A stretch of 63,017 bases of DNA, counting the filler, from Octopus bimaculoides (lineage: Eukaryota): NCBI RefSeq assembly GCF_001194135.2. It is 4 parts of 3 records of this genome, joined end to end, with 100 filler letters (N's around TTAATTAATTAA, not from the genome) between each part and the next. Parts side by side here need not be neighbours in the genome. Positions count along the whole stretch, not along the records: positions 25,199 to 40,236 come from NC_068982.1; positions 40,337 to 57,654 come from NC_068981.1; 2 more parts are not named here. One strand, written 5' to 3'. Below the pieces are notes generated by a model. That model worked only from the letters and a program-made list of their open reading frames with translations, did not search any database and had not been told where the DNA came from. Below, piece after piece: positions 38,937 to 50,769 of the stretch. The position numbers were made by a program, and so were the translations under genes. Positions within the stretch are counted from its first letter, which is position 1, and each line of letters starts with the position of its first letter.

Positions 38937-39199
38937 TAGATAGATAGATATGCATGTATGTGCATATCTATCTATGTTCGCATCTTAGGTACCGTATAGA
39001 ACTATTTATCATTTATTTATCGACAGCAAAGTCACTGTACACATAAATCAGCACTAGTCTGCAGACCCATGAGGGCCGTGCCCTGAAAATAACCACTGCT
39101 AATATAAATAAGATATATATATATATATATATATATGTGCATCAGCATGGCCGCAGCTCTGAGCTGAAACTTTGAAATGAAATGAAATATATATATATA

Positions 39200-39345
39200 T
39201 ATACTTATCTTCGAAACGTCTAGCTAGACTAGAGGCAGCTGACGAAGGATTAATTTCAAGTGGTTATCTGTCTTCCTATATGTTCGTTCCGTGGTGTGTA
39301 GTTCATTGTTTTAACGTCCTGTACCCTGATATGCATCTATATACA
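39200..39345 (+). mobile_element. Penelope-like or unclassified repeat with a permuted hammerhead-like core
   Basis: ATCTT-C-GAAAC-GTC-tagctagactagaggcag-CTGACGA-AGGAT. Confidence 0.45.
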
Positions 39346-39601
39346 CATGTAGATGTAAGTATGTACATATATGTGTGTATACATGCANNNNNNNNNNCAT
39401 GCATACACACTGACACACACATACGCACACGCACACACTTGCCATAAAGAAGCCATAGGCCAACAAGTCTTAGGGTCTGATGATACGCAATAGACATACC
39501 ATATATATACGAAGTAACTGAGATTCAGTTGAATTAGGAGCTTAAGTTGAAGCACGAAGTCAGTCCAGTATTATCCGCACAGCTCGAAGTAATGTGAATA
39601 A

Positions 39602-40050
39602 AATCAAAATAAGCAACAGGATATCAAGAAGTGATGCAGTACGACCGTTTCAAGCGACTCTATTTAATTGAACAATGCAATCATTACATTAACTTAAATG
39701 CAGGGCTATTATCAGCTGCACAAATAAATAGAATTTTAGTTAGTCGGACACATTAATATTATTTTACTCAAATACTTTAACAGAGCAAGAAGACAAATAA
39801 ATTAGAAATGAACCACAATCCTGTACAAGCTATGACCCTAGTAAGTTTCATGTTTTTCTTGGAAAATTAGTATATTCTTAGCAACAATAGCGACAGCATG
39901 GATTTCTTCCATCTTCTTGTTCTATTTATTTGTGCAGCTGATGATAGCCCTGCATTTAGATGGATGTTATGATTGCATTGTTCAATCAAATGGAGCCGCT
40001 TGAAACGGTCGTACTGCATCACTTCTTGATATCCTGTTGCTTATTTTGAT
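39602..40050. mobile_element. Long-TIR MITE or foldback element
   Basis: 39602-39735 and about 39915-40050 are reverse complements (atcaaaataagcaacaggatatcaagaagtgatgcagtacgaccgtttcaagc); related copy at 62100-62410. Confidence 0.8.
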
Positions 40051-40051
40051 A

Positions 40052-40088
<37 letters not shown>

Positions 40089-40236
40089 GAAGTATATTTG
40101 CCATTTAAATGTGGCTGACCCCTAAGGGTGGATGTTACTGTTACTTTTAGCCCCAGGAGAACATCTCCTCCAGCTGGCTTATCGACACATATCTGTGTCC
40201 TGTCTATTTTTGCCAAGGGAAGTTATCCTTCCCATC

Positions 40237-40336
40237 NNNNNNNNNNNNNNNNNNNNNNNNNNNNNNNNNNNNNNNNNNNNTTAATTAATTAANNNNNNNN
40301 NNNNNNNNNNNNNNNNNNNNNNNNNNNNNNNNNNNN
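40237..40336. other. Artificial scaffold-join marker
   Basis: 44 N + TTAATTAATTAA (40281-40292) + 44 N. Confidence 0.95.
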
Positions 40337-40695
40337 TATATATATATATATATATATTATATGATATGTATATGTGTATGGGTGTGCATATGGCTGTGTC
40401 TGTGTTTGTTCTGCACTACCACTTGACCACCTAGTGTTGGTGTGTTTATATTCTTGTAACTTAGCAGTTCAACAAAAGAGATGGATTGAATAAGTACCAG
40501 TCTTAAAAAAAAAGGACTAGAGTTGATTTATTTTACTATAATTCTGCTAGGTTGTGTTCCAGCATGGCTGCAGTTTAATGTCTGAAATAAGTAAAAAAAT
40601 AAAAGAATTTTCTCCACAGTGAATTCAGCATTGGAAAAATTTCTGGTGTGTCCTCCTTCCCTTGGTGTTGTAAATATGTATCATTTAATGTTTAG

Positions 40696-40912
40696 CTAAC
40701 CCTTTAACATCTAAATTAAAGTAATGTTTATTAATTCACATTGTTTTGTATTAATCATGTATTTCTCATGGCTTTGAGATTTCAATGTTGTAATTGTCTA
40801 TTATTAGAATGACATTGTAGGGTTGGTGTAAGAGGCCAGATCTGGTCAGTTTGAACATGGAACAGTAGAATATTTGGGCTGGACATGGCTGGTTTAAATG
40901 CTAAAAGGTTAA
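40696..40912. mobile_element. piggyBac-like MITE
   Basis: ctaa-ccctttaacat ... atgctaaaagg-ttaa. Confidence 0.65.
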
Positions 40913-41249
40913 CCTGGGCCTGCTTTCCCAGACTAAAACAATATAAAAATATTGTAGCACTGGGTGACACCCAGTATTTGGGGAAGAAATTGAATGTATG
41001 AATTACCAGCAAATATATTATAGCATACTATAACTACTTTAAAGTCAAAACAAGCTGTTCAGCAACATCAAACACTCAACTACGCAACTGAATGTTTAGA
41101 AATGACAAAAGCATCACAATATCATCTCTGTAATTAACTGCAAAGGAAGAAGTGATCCTATTATGATGACAGAAATAGGAAGGGAATGTGAGCCAAATTA
41201 TTATCAACAACACAATATACAAAAAAAAAAAAAAAAATGGAATAGCCAA

Positions 41250-41640
41250 AAACGGAACCATATTCAATATTCACTGAAAAATCATAGATTAGCTTTTCCT
41301 CTGTCTTTTTGACACTATGACCTTTTGATAGTAAACAGATTTTCAATGGTTCCAATAAGGACAATGACATTGTTTTTTGCTGAAATTCTTGAGAGCAAAA
41401 TACTTTTGGTGAGTGATATAGGACAGCTGGTTTCTGATAGATCTAGTTCTATAGAAACTCTACACATTTTCACTAAGGAGGGAGAGATAATTAGAGAGAA
41501 TAAGGATATGATTGTTAATGATTACTTTCATCATCTTTGAGATTTTGGAAGTGAAAACACTAGGTTGGTAGCTGATAGCATTTGAAAGTTTGCTTTTCTA
41601 GGAAATAGGATGCACTGTAAAATGTTTTCAAAGATGGGAT
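41250..41640 (-). mobile_element. Decayed LINE reverse-transcriptase fragment (CR1/L2/Jockey group)
   Basis: VHPIS*KSKLSNAISYQPSVFTSKISKMMKVIINNHIL...LLSENV*SFYRTRS resembles PIPKKG..SNYRPIS..L.K..E..IN..QYGFR..RS. Confidence 0.65.
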
Positions 41641-42519
41641 AGAGCTATATAGAAAGAAATATTGAAAAATGCTTTGCAACATTTGTTCTGGCTTTTTACA
41701 TTCTTAGTTCAAATACTGTTGAGGTCAGCCTTGACTTTCATGCTAACAATGCATCGGGAAAATGCATTGCAACATTTGTTTTGGCTTTTTACATTCTTAG
41801 TTCAAATACTGTTGAAGTCAACTTTGACTCTCCATAGTGAATAAAATAAAGTACCAGTTAAGTACTGAGGCTGATTTAATCAGCCAAAATTCCTTCCTCA
41901 ATGTTTGTGGCCATTGAGCCTATGTTAAAAACAATTATTTATATCTATAGAAAATTTCAATAACTTCAGATCCATAATCATATCTCAATTGTTGCGAATT
42001 TCACTTTGCAACTCTATGGTTTTAGGTTCAAATCCACCTATAATACTTTGGGCAAGCATCTTCTACCATAACCATAGATTGATTAAAGTCTGGTGAAGGA
42101 AATTTGGTTAATGGAAACTGTGTAGAAGCATATTGGAGGGACTGTTCTTGTTCTTGGGAGTGAGGCTTAATCTTGGTTATCTCCAAGGGAAACACTCAGC
42201 TGCAAGAATTGGAAGCTGAAATTAGAATTCCTGAGCTGCCACTGGCCTTTACATTGAGTGTTATTTGTAATATTAAGATATACATTAAAAAGAGGCCCTT
42301 AACTGAAAAAAAGTTACCATTACAGCAATTTTCTCACAAGCAAAGGACAAATATAAAATTGGATAAAGTATTGGGATACTAGATCATGAGTCATGTGTTT
42401 AAATCCATTTCAGGCATATCTTTGTAATTTTGAGCATGGTACTTCATTGTATATACTTCAGGTTACTTAGCAAATGGGAATATGTAGTAGCTCTTTGGAG
42501 AATGCTCAGTTTTGCTTAC

Positions 42520-42566
42520 AGCAGACTGATATCTTTACAGAGGACTATATATCTTCCATCTGCTTG
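42520..42566 (-). CDS. Weak candidate 47-nt exon
   Basis: gtctcag|CAAGCAGATGG...CTGCT|gtaagc; QADGRYIVLCKDISL (phase 0 to 2) is compatible with 20909-20943 but abuts SINEs. Confidence 0.2.
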
Positions 42567-42576
42567 CTGAGACTGT

Positions 42577-42969
42577 GGAGGTGCAATGGCTCAGTGGTTA
42601 GGGCAGCGGACTCGCGGTCATAGGATTGCGGTTTCAATTCCCAGACCAGGTGTTGTGAGTGTTTATTGAGCGAAAACACCTAAAGCTCCACGAGGCTCCG
42701 GCAGGGGATGGTGCCGAACCCTGCTGTACTCTTTCACCACAACTTTCTCTCACTCTTACTTCCTGTTCCTGTTGTGCCTGTAATTCAAAGGGTCAGCCTT
42801 GTCACACTGTGTCACGCTGAATATCCCTAAGAACTACATTAAGGGTACATGTGTCTGTGGAGTGCTCAGCCACTTGCACGTTAATTTCACGAGCAGGCTG
42901 TTCCGTTGATCGGATCAACTGGAACCCTCGACGTCGTAAGCGATGGAGTGCCAACAACAACAACAACAA
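42577..42969 (+). mobile_element. tRNA-Arg-like SINE, full length, (CAA)n tail (similar to octopus OR-type SINEs)
   Basis: tggctcagtggttagggcagcggacTCGcggtc..ggtttcaattccc head; tail ggagtgccaacaacaac. Confidence 0.85.
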
Positions 42970-43966
42970 GCTTGCTGCAACAGTAGCCACAATAAATTAA
43001 CAATCTTATGGATCCTTAAAGGTTTGTGAAAGGATTGATAACAAAGTTATATATTTGTCTTGAGAATATGACCATACAATGTTTGCAATATAACAATGGC
43101 CTGCTTTTGAATAAGTTGTTAATGATATTGACTTCTATGTATAACTTATTCTATCCATTATACTCAAACAATATTTACTATTCAGTTTTCAGATAAGGCA
43201 TCTATATCTTATTTATCTAAATTGGGGCCATTTGAAGCTGTATTAGTAGTACTTACTATTCTTAAATAGCAATTTGATCAGCATCAATAAAAGCAAACAT
43301 ACACTCTATAATCAATAAATTCCCTTGAAAATCAACACTCTTCAAACATCCATCTCTTTAAATCCAGTCAGGTTTTTATCGACAGCTTAATTGACCTCGG
43401 TCATTCAATCGTTTAGCTGACTAAATTAAATCACATAAAAACAATGTTTATTTATAACTTTACTTTATAAATAAAAACCACCCTATTTATATATGGAATA
43501 TTATAGAAACTAAATTACCATAATTATTTTTTGGTTTTTTTTTTCTATACTAGTAAGTGGAAGTTAATATATTCATTCTTGTTATTGTCAGTTCCTAGAA
43601 GGTTCTGTTTTGATTGATTTCTTCAACATGATGTTTAGCTAGAAAAAACAGGAAGCTTATTTCATGCTGATATATTTTTTTAGGACATTATAATGTTTGT
43701 TTTCTTGTGAAGAAGGAGCTGGATATATCTACTATTTAATAAATCTGCAAGAAATTTAGGAACAAGTGCTTTGCAGTTACACAGATTTTAAAATACTGCC
43801 AAATGTTATTTGGCATGGTGCTGTCATTATAATAAGTTCACTTTATAACCAGATGATTCCAGGTTCAATCCTATCTCAGTGCTGCATACAGTACTGTGAG
43901 CATGTGTTTTCTACCAAAGCATTCAGTTAACCAAATATGGCAAATGGAAACAAGCAGTATGGCAGC

Positions 43967-44089
<123 letters not shown>

Positions 44090-44681
44090 GGTGCCAGCAT
44101 GGCTGTGTGATTAAGAAGTTTTCTTCTCAATCCTATAGTTGGGAGTTCAGTCCTACTTCAAGGCACCTTGGGCAACTAAAGCCTAGGATTTGGCAGGTAG
44201 AAACTGAAAGGAGACCATCTCTCTCACTCTCACACACACACACATGCACATGTCTGTGTGCATGAGTGTGTGTGTGTGTATAAGCATATGTATGTGTATG
44301 TAATTGAGAGTGTATATATATGTTTATCTCTCCTTGTCTTGACATTGCATAATAGTTGTAAATGAGTGTCACTGTCATACAAGCAGTGTCATTCATTTCC
44401 ATCATTCTATGAAAGCATGTCTGACCCTAGAGAAATATTACCTTGATTAGAAGCAAATGAGGGTTGGCAACAGAAAGAGTCCATCAGTCATTTTGATTTA
44501 CTTTATAATTGAAGTTAAACTCTAGTTCTGGTTCCAAAATGCTTATAATGGTTAGTGCTTAATAATCTTTTCCTAATCGAGCACATCACACACACAGCAT
44601 AAACCATCAGGTAAATATTTTCTTTGGGTACAATATATTCTCACTTAAATTATTTTCAGAGTCTCTACAAGATCATGTAAA

Positions 44682-45025
44682 AGGCGCATGGCTCAGTGGT
44701 TAGAGCGTTGGGTTCACAATCATGAGGTAGTGAATTCAATTCCTTGACTGGGATGTGTGTTGTGTTCTCTAGCAAGACACTTTATTTTATGTTGTTCCAG
44801 TTCACTCAGCTGTAGAAATGAGTTGTGACGTCGCTGGTGCCAAGCTGTATTGGTTTTTGCCTTTCCCTTGGATAACATTAGTGGTGTGGAGAGCGGGGTG
44901 TTGGTATGCATGGGCAACTACTGGTCTTTCATACACAACCTTGCCTGGACTTGTGTCTCAGAGGGTAACTTTCTAGGTGCAATTCCATGGTCATTCATGA
45001 CCGAAGGGGGTCTTTACCCTTTAAG
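44682..45025 (+). mobile_element. tRNA-derived CORE-type SINE
   Basis: ggcgcatggctcagtggttagagcg head; agcaagacactt...ccagttcactcagctg core. Confidence 0.8.
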
Positions 45026-45064
45026 AGCTCATAAAGAAGGTAATCTGCATTTGATTATGTAGAA

Positions 45065-45600
45065 CTAACCTGTTGAAGATGTCACCAATTTCATGTTTCT
45101 GGGCAGCTGATGATTCTGAAGCAGATTTTGATTCCAGAATTGAGCATGCTGCAGCAGTGTTTAGAGGAATGAACAAGATTTAAGCTAACACTTTGATTAG
45201 CAATGATATGAATATCATGCTATACTAGAGCATTGTCCTGCTAACAGCAGTCTATGCAGGACAAACTTGGAAAATGACTACCAAGATCACTCAGAGGTTA
45301 AATGCATTCCACCAATGGTTACTATGCAGAATATTCAAGATCACCTGCAGGGTCAGAATCACAAACAGTGAAGTCCTGAAACAAGCCAATCTGTGCAGCC
45401 TGCCAGAAATTGTGATAGAAAGAGGAGTGAGACTTGAAGGTCATGTTTTCCAATTACTAAAAGAATGAATACCCAAGACAGCTATCCCAAAGGGATGAAG
45501 AAGAGAGAGATCCAAAAAGACATTGGGTGCCATCTTCAAAGAAGATCTGAAGCAACTTAGCATCACTTGGGGAGATGCAGGCAATTATGCTCCAAAGTAG
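45065..45600 (+). mobile_element. RTE-clade LINE RT C-terminal fragment
   Basis: VEDVTNFMFLGS...AVYAGQTWKMTTKITQRLNAFHQWLLCRIFKITCRVRITNSEVLKQANL..GHV; stops present. Confidence 0.75.
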
Positions 45601-45724
45601 GATGTTTAAAGACATTTTGCTACCTGATGTATGGGCTAGCTGTACAGGAGAAACTTAGAATAAGACTTTGTGGAAATGAGTGAGTAAAGAAGTAAATCTT
45701 TTGGATGGGATGACAGCATAATAT

Positions 45725-45935
45725 TGGTTTCAAATTTTGGCACAAGACAAGCAGCTTCTGGGAAGAGGTTAAATCGATTACATCAATCTCAGTGCTTAAC
45801 TGGTACTTATCTTATTGATCTCGAAAGGATGGACGGCCAAGTCAACCTTGGCAGAATTTGAACTTAGAACGTAAGGACAGACAAAATGCCACTAAGCATT
45901 TTGCCTAGTGTGCTAACAATTTTGCCAGCTTGCCA
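45725..45935 (-). mobile_element. SINE family B
   Basis: gaaaggatggacggccaagtcaaccttggcagaatttgaac. Confidence 0.8.
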
Positions 45936-47120
45936 CTAATGGTCTGGTACCTAATGCCACCTGGTTATTTTATCTCTAAATCTGTAATTAAACCACCATG
46001 AAAGTATTCAGACATACAATCCAGTTAATTACTTATCCCTAATTAAATTATAAGCGTTAATTGTACAAGTGTGAAAATATGCAAGTATATTATTCAAGAT
46101 TAGTGCATAGTGTAGAAAATAACAATCTGTTAAGGCTAGCTAATATATCTGCAACAATAGCAAGTGTGCAACTGTATGAGTTGCCAGGAGGCTTGTTTAT
46201 GAACTTGACTAATTACATAAAACATGCTGAAATATTTCTCATTATTATAATCTATAATTGGACAACTTCCCCAGATAATAATTAGCTTTGCTGAAATTTC
46301 ATTACATTTCCCTGCACAATATCTTTCATAGTTATCTGTCTTACATTACATTTCATACACTGAAATTTTCTGTGGGATAGAAAACTGATGAAGATATCAG
46401 TCAGTGAAATATGGGATAGAAAGTTCATAAAAATATCAGATATATCATCACCATCATAGTCATCATCATCATCGTTGTCGTCGTCTTCATTGTCGTCGTC
46501 TTCATTGTTGTGGTTGTTGCTGCTGCCGCTGTCGTCGTTGTCATCATATTCATCATTATCATCATGAAAAGAGAGGAGGAAAATGGTGAGCAGTCATAGA
46601 AATGGTTAGTAGTAGGATAGAATGATGGATATTACTTATATGTTTTCTGGAGGAGGAGTGGTGGTGGTAAAGAATATAGAAAAGTAATGATAACTGTTGA
46701 GAGAAAGAGAGAGAGAGTGAGTGGGTGATGAATAATCAAGATAGCAAGGGTGAGTGAGTGATGGATATCAATAAGAGTTACTTGAGTGAGTCATGGCTAT
46801 CATTACAAGAGAGTAAATGGATGGGAATATTGGACACCGACATATCCGATGCAATTCTTTGTCCAACATCACGATGAGAAAGAAAGGGGAGAGAAAGAGA
46901 TACAGATGGTGCTAGGAAGGACTGAAAATAAACAGGTTTAATATTTTCCTTTAATACAAGGTGGAGTTATGGTACAGGAGAGGGGTGATAGAAAAGTGCA
47001 AGAGATAGCAGAAGGGTATTATAGAGACAGAATGGGTGAAAAACTTAGATGTAGATTTGCATTATATATATATTGCGAACATACATACATGTATGATGCA
47101 TATGTACCCAGATTACATAC

Positions 47121-47230
47121 GGAGGCGCAATGGCTCAGTGGTTAGGGCAGCGGACTCGCAGTCGTAGGATCGCGGTTTCGATTCCCAGACCGGGCGNNNN
47201 NNNNNNTCGTCGTTGTAACCAACGGAGTGC
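47121..47230 (+). mobile_element. tRNA-Arg-like SINE collapsed across a 10-N gap
   Basis: Head nearly identical to 42577, then N10, then tail acggagtgcc. Confidence 0.75.
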
Positions 47231-47459
47231 CAACCAACCACCCAGATTACAGAGTGTGTAACTCTGTCAAAAACTTCCAGATCAATGAATAAGTGGTACA
47301 AGTGGTTGTCTTACAAGGAGAATGGCCCCAGTGGCCCTTCTTTCACATATAAATCTAAACAGCATCTCATCTAAACTAACTCTTTACATATATTTTATAA
47401 CTCGTCCCATCAATTTGCTGTCTCTGTAATTACCTCTCTCTCATGCATCAACCTTTATG

Positions 47460-47650
47460 GAAGCATGTGGCATAGTGGAAACGGTGTTGGACTCAGGATT
47501 ATAAGATTCTGGTTTTGATTCCTGGACTGCGCAATGTGTTGTGTTCTTAAGCAAAACACTTCATTTCATGTTGCTCCAGTCCACTCAGCTGGCAAAAATG
47601 AGTAATCCTGTGATGGACAGGCTTCCCATCCAGGTGGGGAATATATGGAA
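47460..47650 (+). mobile_element. tRNA/CORE SINE with a V-domain-like segment
   Basis: agcaaaacacttcatttc..ccagtccactcagctggc, then cctgtgatggacaggcttcccatccagg. Confidence 0.6.
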
Positions 47651-47654
47651 ATGG

Positions 47655-48400
47655 GCTGTGCGTGAGAAGACCCGGCAAGCCAAGTAAGATCGTTGCCAGT
47701 GCCCCTGGACTGGTTCTTGTGCGGGTGGCACATGAGATGCACCATTTTGAGCGTGGCCGTTGCCAGTACCGCCTGACTGGCTCCTGTAGGATTTTCGAGC
47801 GAGATCGTTGCCAGTGCCCCNNNNNNNNNNNNNNNNNNNNNNNNNNNNNNNNNNNNNNNNNNNNNNNNNNNNNNNNNNNNNNNNNNNNNNNNNNNNNNNN
47901 NNNNNNNNNNNNNNNNNNNNNNNNNNNNNNNNNNNNNNNNNNNNNNNNNNNNNNNNNNNNNNNNNNNNNNNNNNNNNNNNNNNNNNNNNNNNNNNNNNNN
48001 NNNNNNNNNNNNNNNNNNNNNNNNNNNNNNNNNNNNNNNNNNNNNNNNNNNNNNNNNNNNNNNNNNNNNNNNNNNNNNNNNNNNNNNNNNNNNNNNNNNN
48101 NNNNNNNNNNNNNNNNNNNNNNNNNNNNNNNNNNNNNNNNNNNNNNNNNNNNNNNNNNNNNNNNNNNNNNNNNNNNNNNNNNNNNNNNNNNNNNGGCCGT
48201 TTTCGTGCGGGTGACACGTAAAAGCACCCACTACACTCTCTGAGTGGTTGGCGTTAGGAAGGGCATCCAGCTGTAGAAACTCTGCCAAATCAGACTGGAG
48301 CCTGGTGTTGCCATCCGGTTTCACCAGTCCTAAGTCAAATCGTCCAACCCATGCTAGCATGGAAAGCGGACGTTAAACGATGATGATGATGATGATGATG
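47655..48400 (+). mobile_element. (GAT)n-tailed retroposon; repeat array lost in the gap
   Basis: Units gatcgttgccagtgcccc before the gap; conserved body and (GAT)n after it. Confidence 0.85.
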
Positions 48401-48569
48401 AAACCAGAAAACCAGCCCTCATGAGTCAGTATGACTCGAGAAGGAAACTTTTTTTATGCATCAACCTTTGCCTGTGTAGTAGCTGACAGTACTACTGTTT
48501 TGCCAGTCATTGGATATAACACCTTCCTGTATTATATGATTAATTATGTGAGTGACTAGCATGTGTCAA

Positions 48570-48790
48570 ACTTTTAAGCATTTACATGATAATCTCTGAT
48601 GGACCAGCTACTTTCCTTGCCATCATCTCACTACATGTGTTTGCTACAAAACTGCTGTCAGCTAAAATGATTGCTTCCTCTGTTGGGTTTATCTGAAGAA
48701 GATTTCTTCTCTCATCTCATTCAGCAACCTCTTGTAATAGCTCTTCCATGCCTCTCTCTTTTTAGTTTCAATAAGAGCAAGTCTGTCATC
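48570..48790 (-). mobile_element. RTE-like LINE fragment
   Basis: DRLALIETKKREAWKSYYKRLLNE and GKVAGPSEII..MLK. Confidence 0.55.
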
Positions 48791-50520
48791 CTTGATACCT
48801 CTGCCCTTACACTTGCGACCCTTCTGCTTATGTGGCAGGACTCCATTTTTTGCCAGATGTTCGTACATTGACTCTGCGAGTATTCCAGTCAATAACTTCC
48901 ACATAAGTGGCAAACAGGATATTGGCCTGTAGTTTTCTACCGTATTGTCTTTTTCAATGTTTTTCAGGCACAGCATTGTCCTACCCAATATCAACCACTC
49001 TGGTGTTACTTGACCGGCATTTAACAAGGCGTTGAGTCGTGCAGCTATTCGTGCATGACATTCACTAAATCTTTTGATCCAGTAGTCTTGAACTCCATCT
49101 GGCCCCAGCGCTTCCCTGTTGCTCATTTTTTTGGCTGATTTCCTTCACTTCCCTAACTGAAATGACTAGTTCTGCCTGTTTTTGACAGACTACTGCTTGT
49201 TTCAGTTCTTGCAACCATTCAGCATTCTTCTTGTGCTCCTTGTCTTTGCTCCAGATGTCATTCCAAAACCTTTGACTTTCAATGTTATCTGGTATCAACT
49301 TTTCATCTGTACACTCTCCATTTATTTCTTTATAGAATCTCTTCTGATCTACCCTGAATAACTTATTCTGGTGGTAACCCTTCATTCTTTGGTCGTATCC
49401 TACCATCTTTGCTTTCTTTGCGACCAGGCGCTGTTTCAGTTCCTCCATTACTACTTTCAGGCCCTTTCTTTCAATATTATACTTCCTTTTCACCGCCCTG
49501 TATTTTTGTTTGCTTTTAAGCTCCCCTTTCTCTTTTTAGTCTACACAGAGATTTCCTTCGAGAGCATGTCTAACCCTGCCTGGATTCTTCTTTTCCATCA
49601 TGGATCTTTTCTTTTGTCACTCCCATTAAGTTTCTTTTTCTTGGCATCAACACCCATGTTTTCTGCTACAACAATACTTGCTGCCTTTATCAAATTATTT
49701 GTTTCTGTAGTGTTTGTTCTGGTGTATTTCAGAATTTCATTGATAGTTTTCGTTTCTTGGTTCAAGAAACGAAAACTTTCTTGAACCGAAGATCAACCTT
49801 TTTAAGGTTGCAAATAATGTCACTATCGTTCTCCTGTAGTCTTACCTTTATTCTGTCGTAGATTGCCTTTTGTTCATCTGTTATGTCGCCATTAGTTTTA
49901 TTGTCTTCTTTGATATGTCTCTCATCAAGTAAACTACCACTGCTCCTTTCCTGTGCTATGGGATTACTCTTATTAGTAAGAACTGTATTTTCATTGTTAA
50001 CTCTGCTGCTATTTTCCATGACCCATCTTTTGATAGCTTCGACCTCTACTTCTCTGAACCAACAATTTTTTCTTATTGCTCTAGCTTGATCACATAGTCT
50101 CTGTTTCGTGAGTTGAAACAATCCCTTTTCTCTCCAATGATCATACATACATTGTCAGTAGCCCCTAATTAGAGCACTATTTTCATGTGCCATGCTGCTC
50201 AGGTAGTAACACTCCATGACCACAGCATTAATTTACTTGCTCCATCTACGCCATGTGTGGTGGACCCTTTCTGGATATCGACAGGCTGGAGCCAGACCAG
50301 AATCTCTGAGCCTACCAGGTGTAACAGTGTCACCGTCATTGGCTTCAGTTTCATTACCACCATTATTCACAATATTTTGTTTGTTCATTGTCACCCATAT
50401 GAGGTAGCGATTATCAGGTTGCACAATTACCAGTGTTTTTATTGTGATACCATCACTAGATGTACCATTAATCAGCCCATGAGGAGGCTCCACCCATTTA
50501 CTTTCATTGTTATCATTATT
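48790..50520 (-). mobile_element. R4/Dong-clade element, 5' half, decayed
   Basis: WRRWSK*INAVVMECYYLS, WREKGLFQLTKQRLCDQARAIRKN, ELKQRLVAKKAK..QNKLF..DQKRFY, GPDGVQDYWIK, NYRPISCLPLMWKLLTGILAE; breaks off at QKGRKCKGRGIKD. Confidence 0.85.
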
Positions 50521-50769
50521 ATCATCACTGATATCACTGATATCACTGATATTATTGTTTTTATGTGTAGTAGCAGCAGTGGTTACAGCAACAGCAACAG
50601 TAGCAGGGGTAGGGTAGTGAGTAGTTGGGCCTCAAATTCCTGTGCTATCATAATAGTAGTAGTTGACAGTTTTGCTAAAATATTTCTGACTGAAACTATC
50701 ATACATGCATGGAGTTGTGATTTTATGCACCCAACAAAGTATTATTGTTAAGCTGAAACTTGCTAATGT

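Noticed and set aside
39060-39095. CCCATGA-GGGC-cgt-GCCC-T-GAAA hammerhead-like
   Set aside because: Core too degenerate and no stem I or III
41665-41835. 93-bp tandem duplication giving a 31-aa repeat ORF
   Set aside because: Reverse complement resembles a decayed SINE B segment; non-coding local duplication
42577-42650. tRNA-Arg gene
   Set aside because: Head of a SINE: continues into the SINE body and tail and the acceptor stem is not closed; same for the heads at 13275, 44682 and 47121
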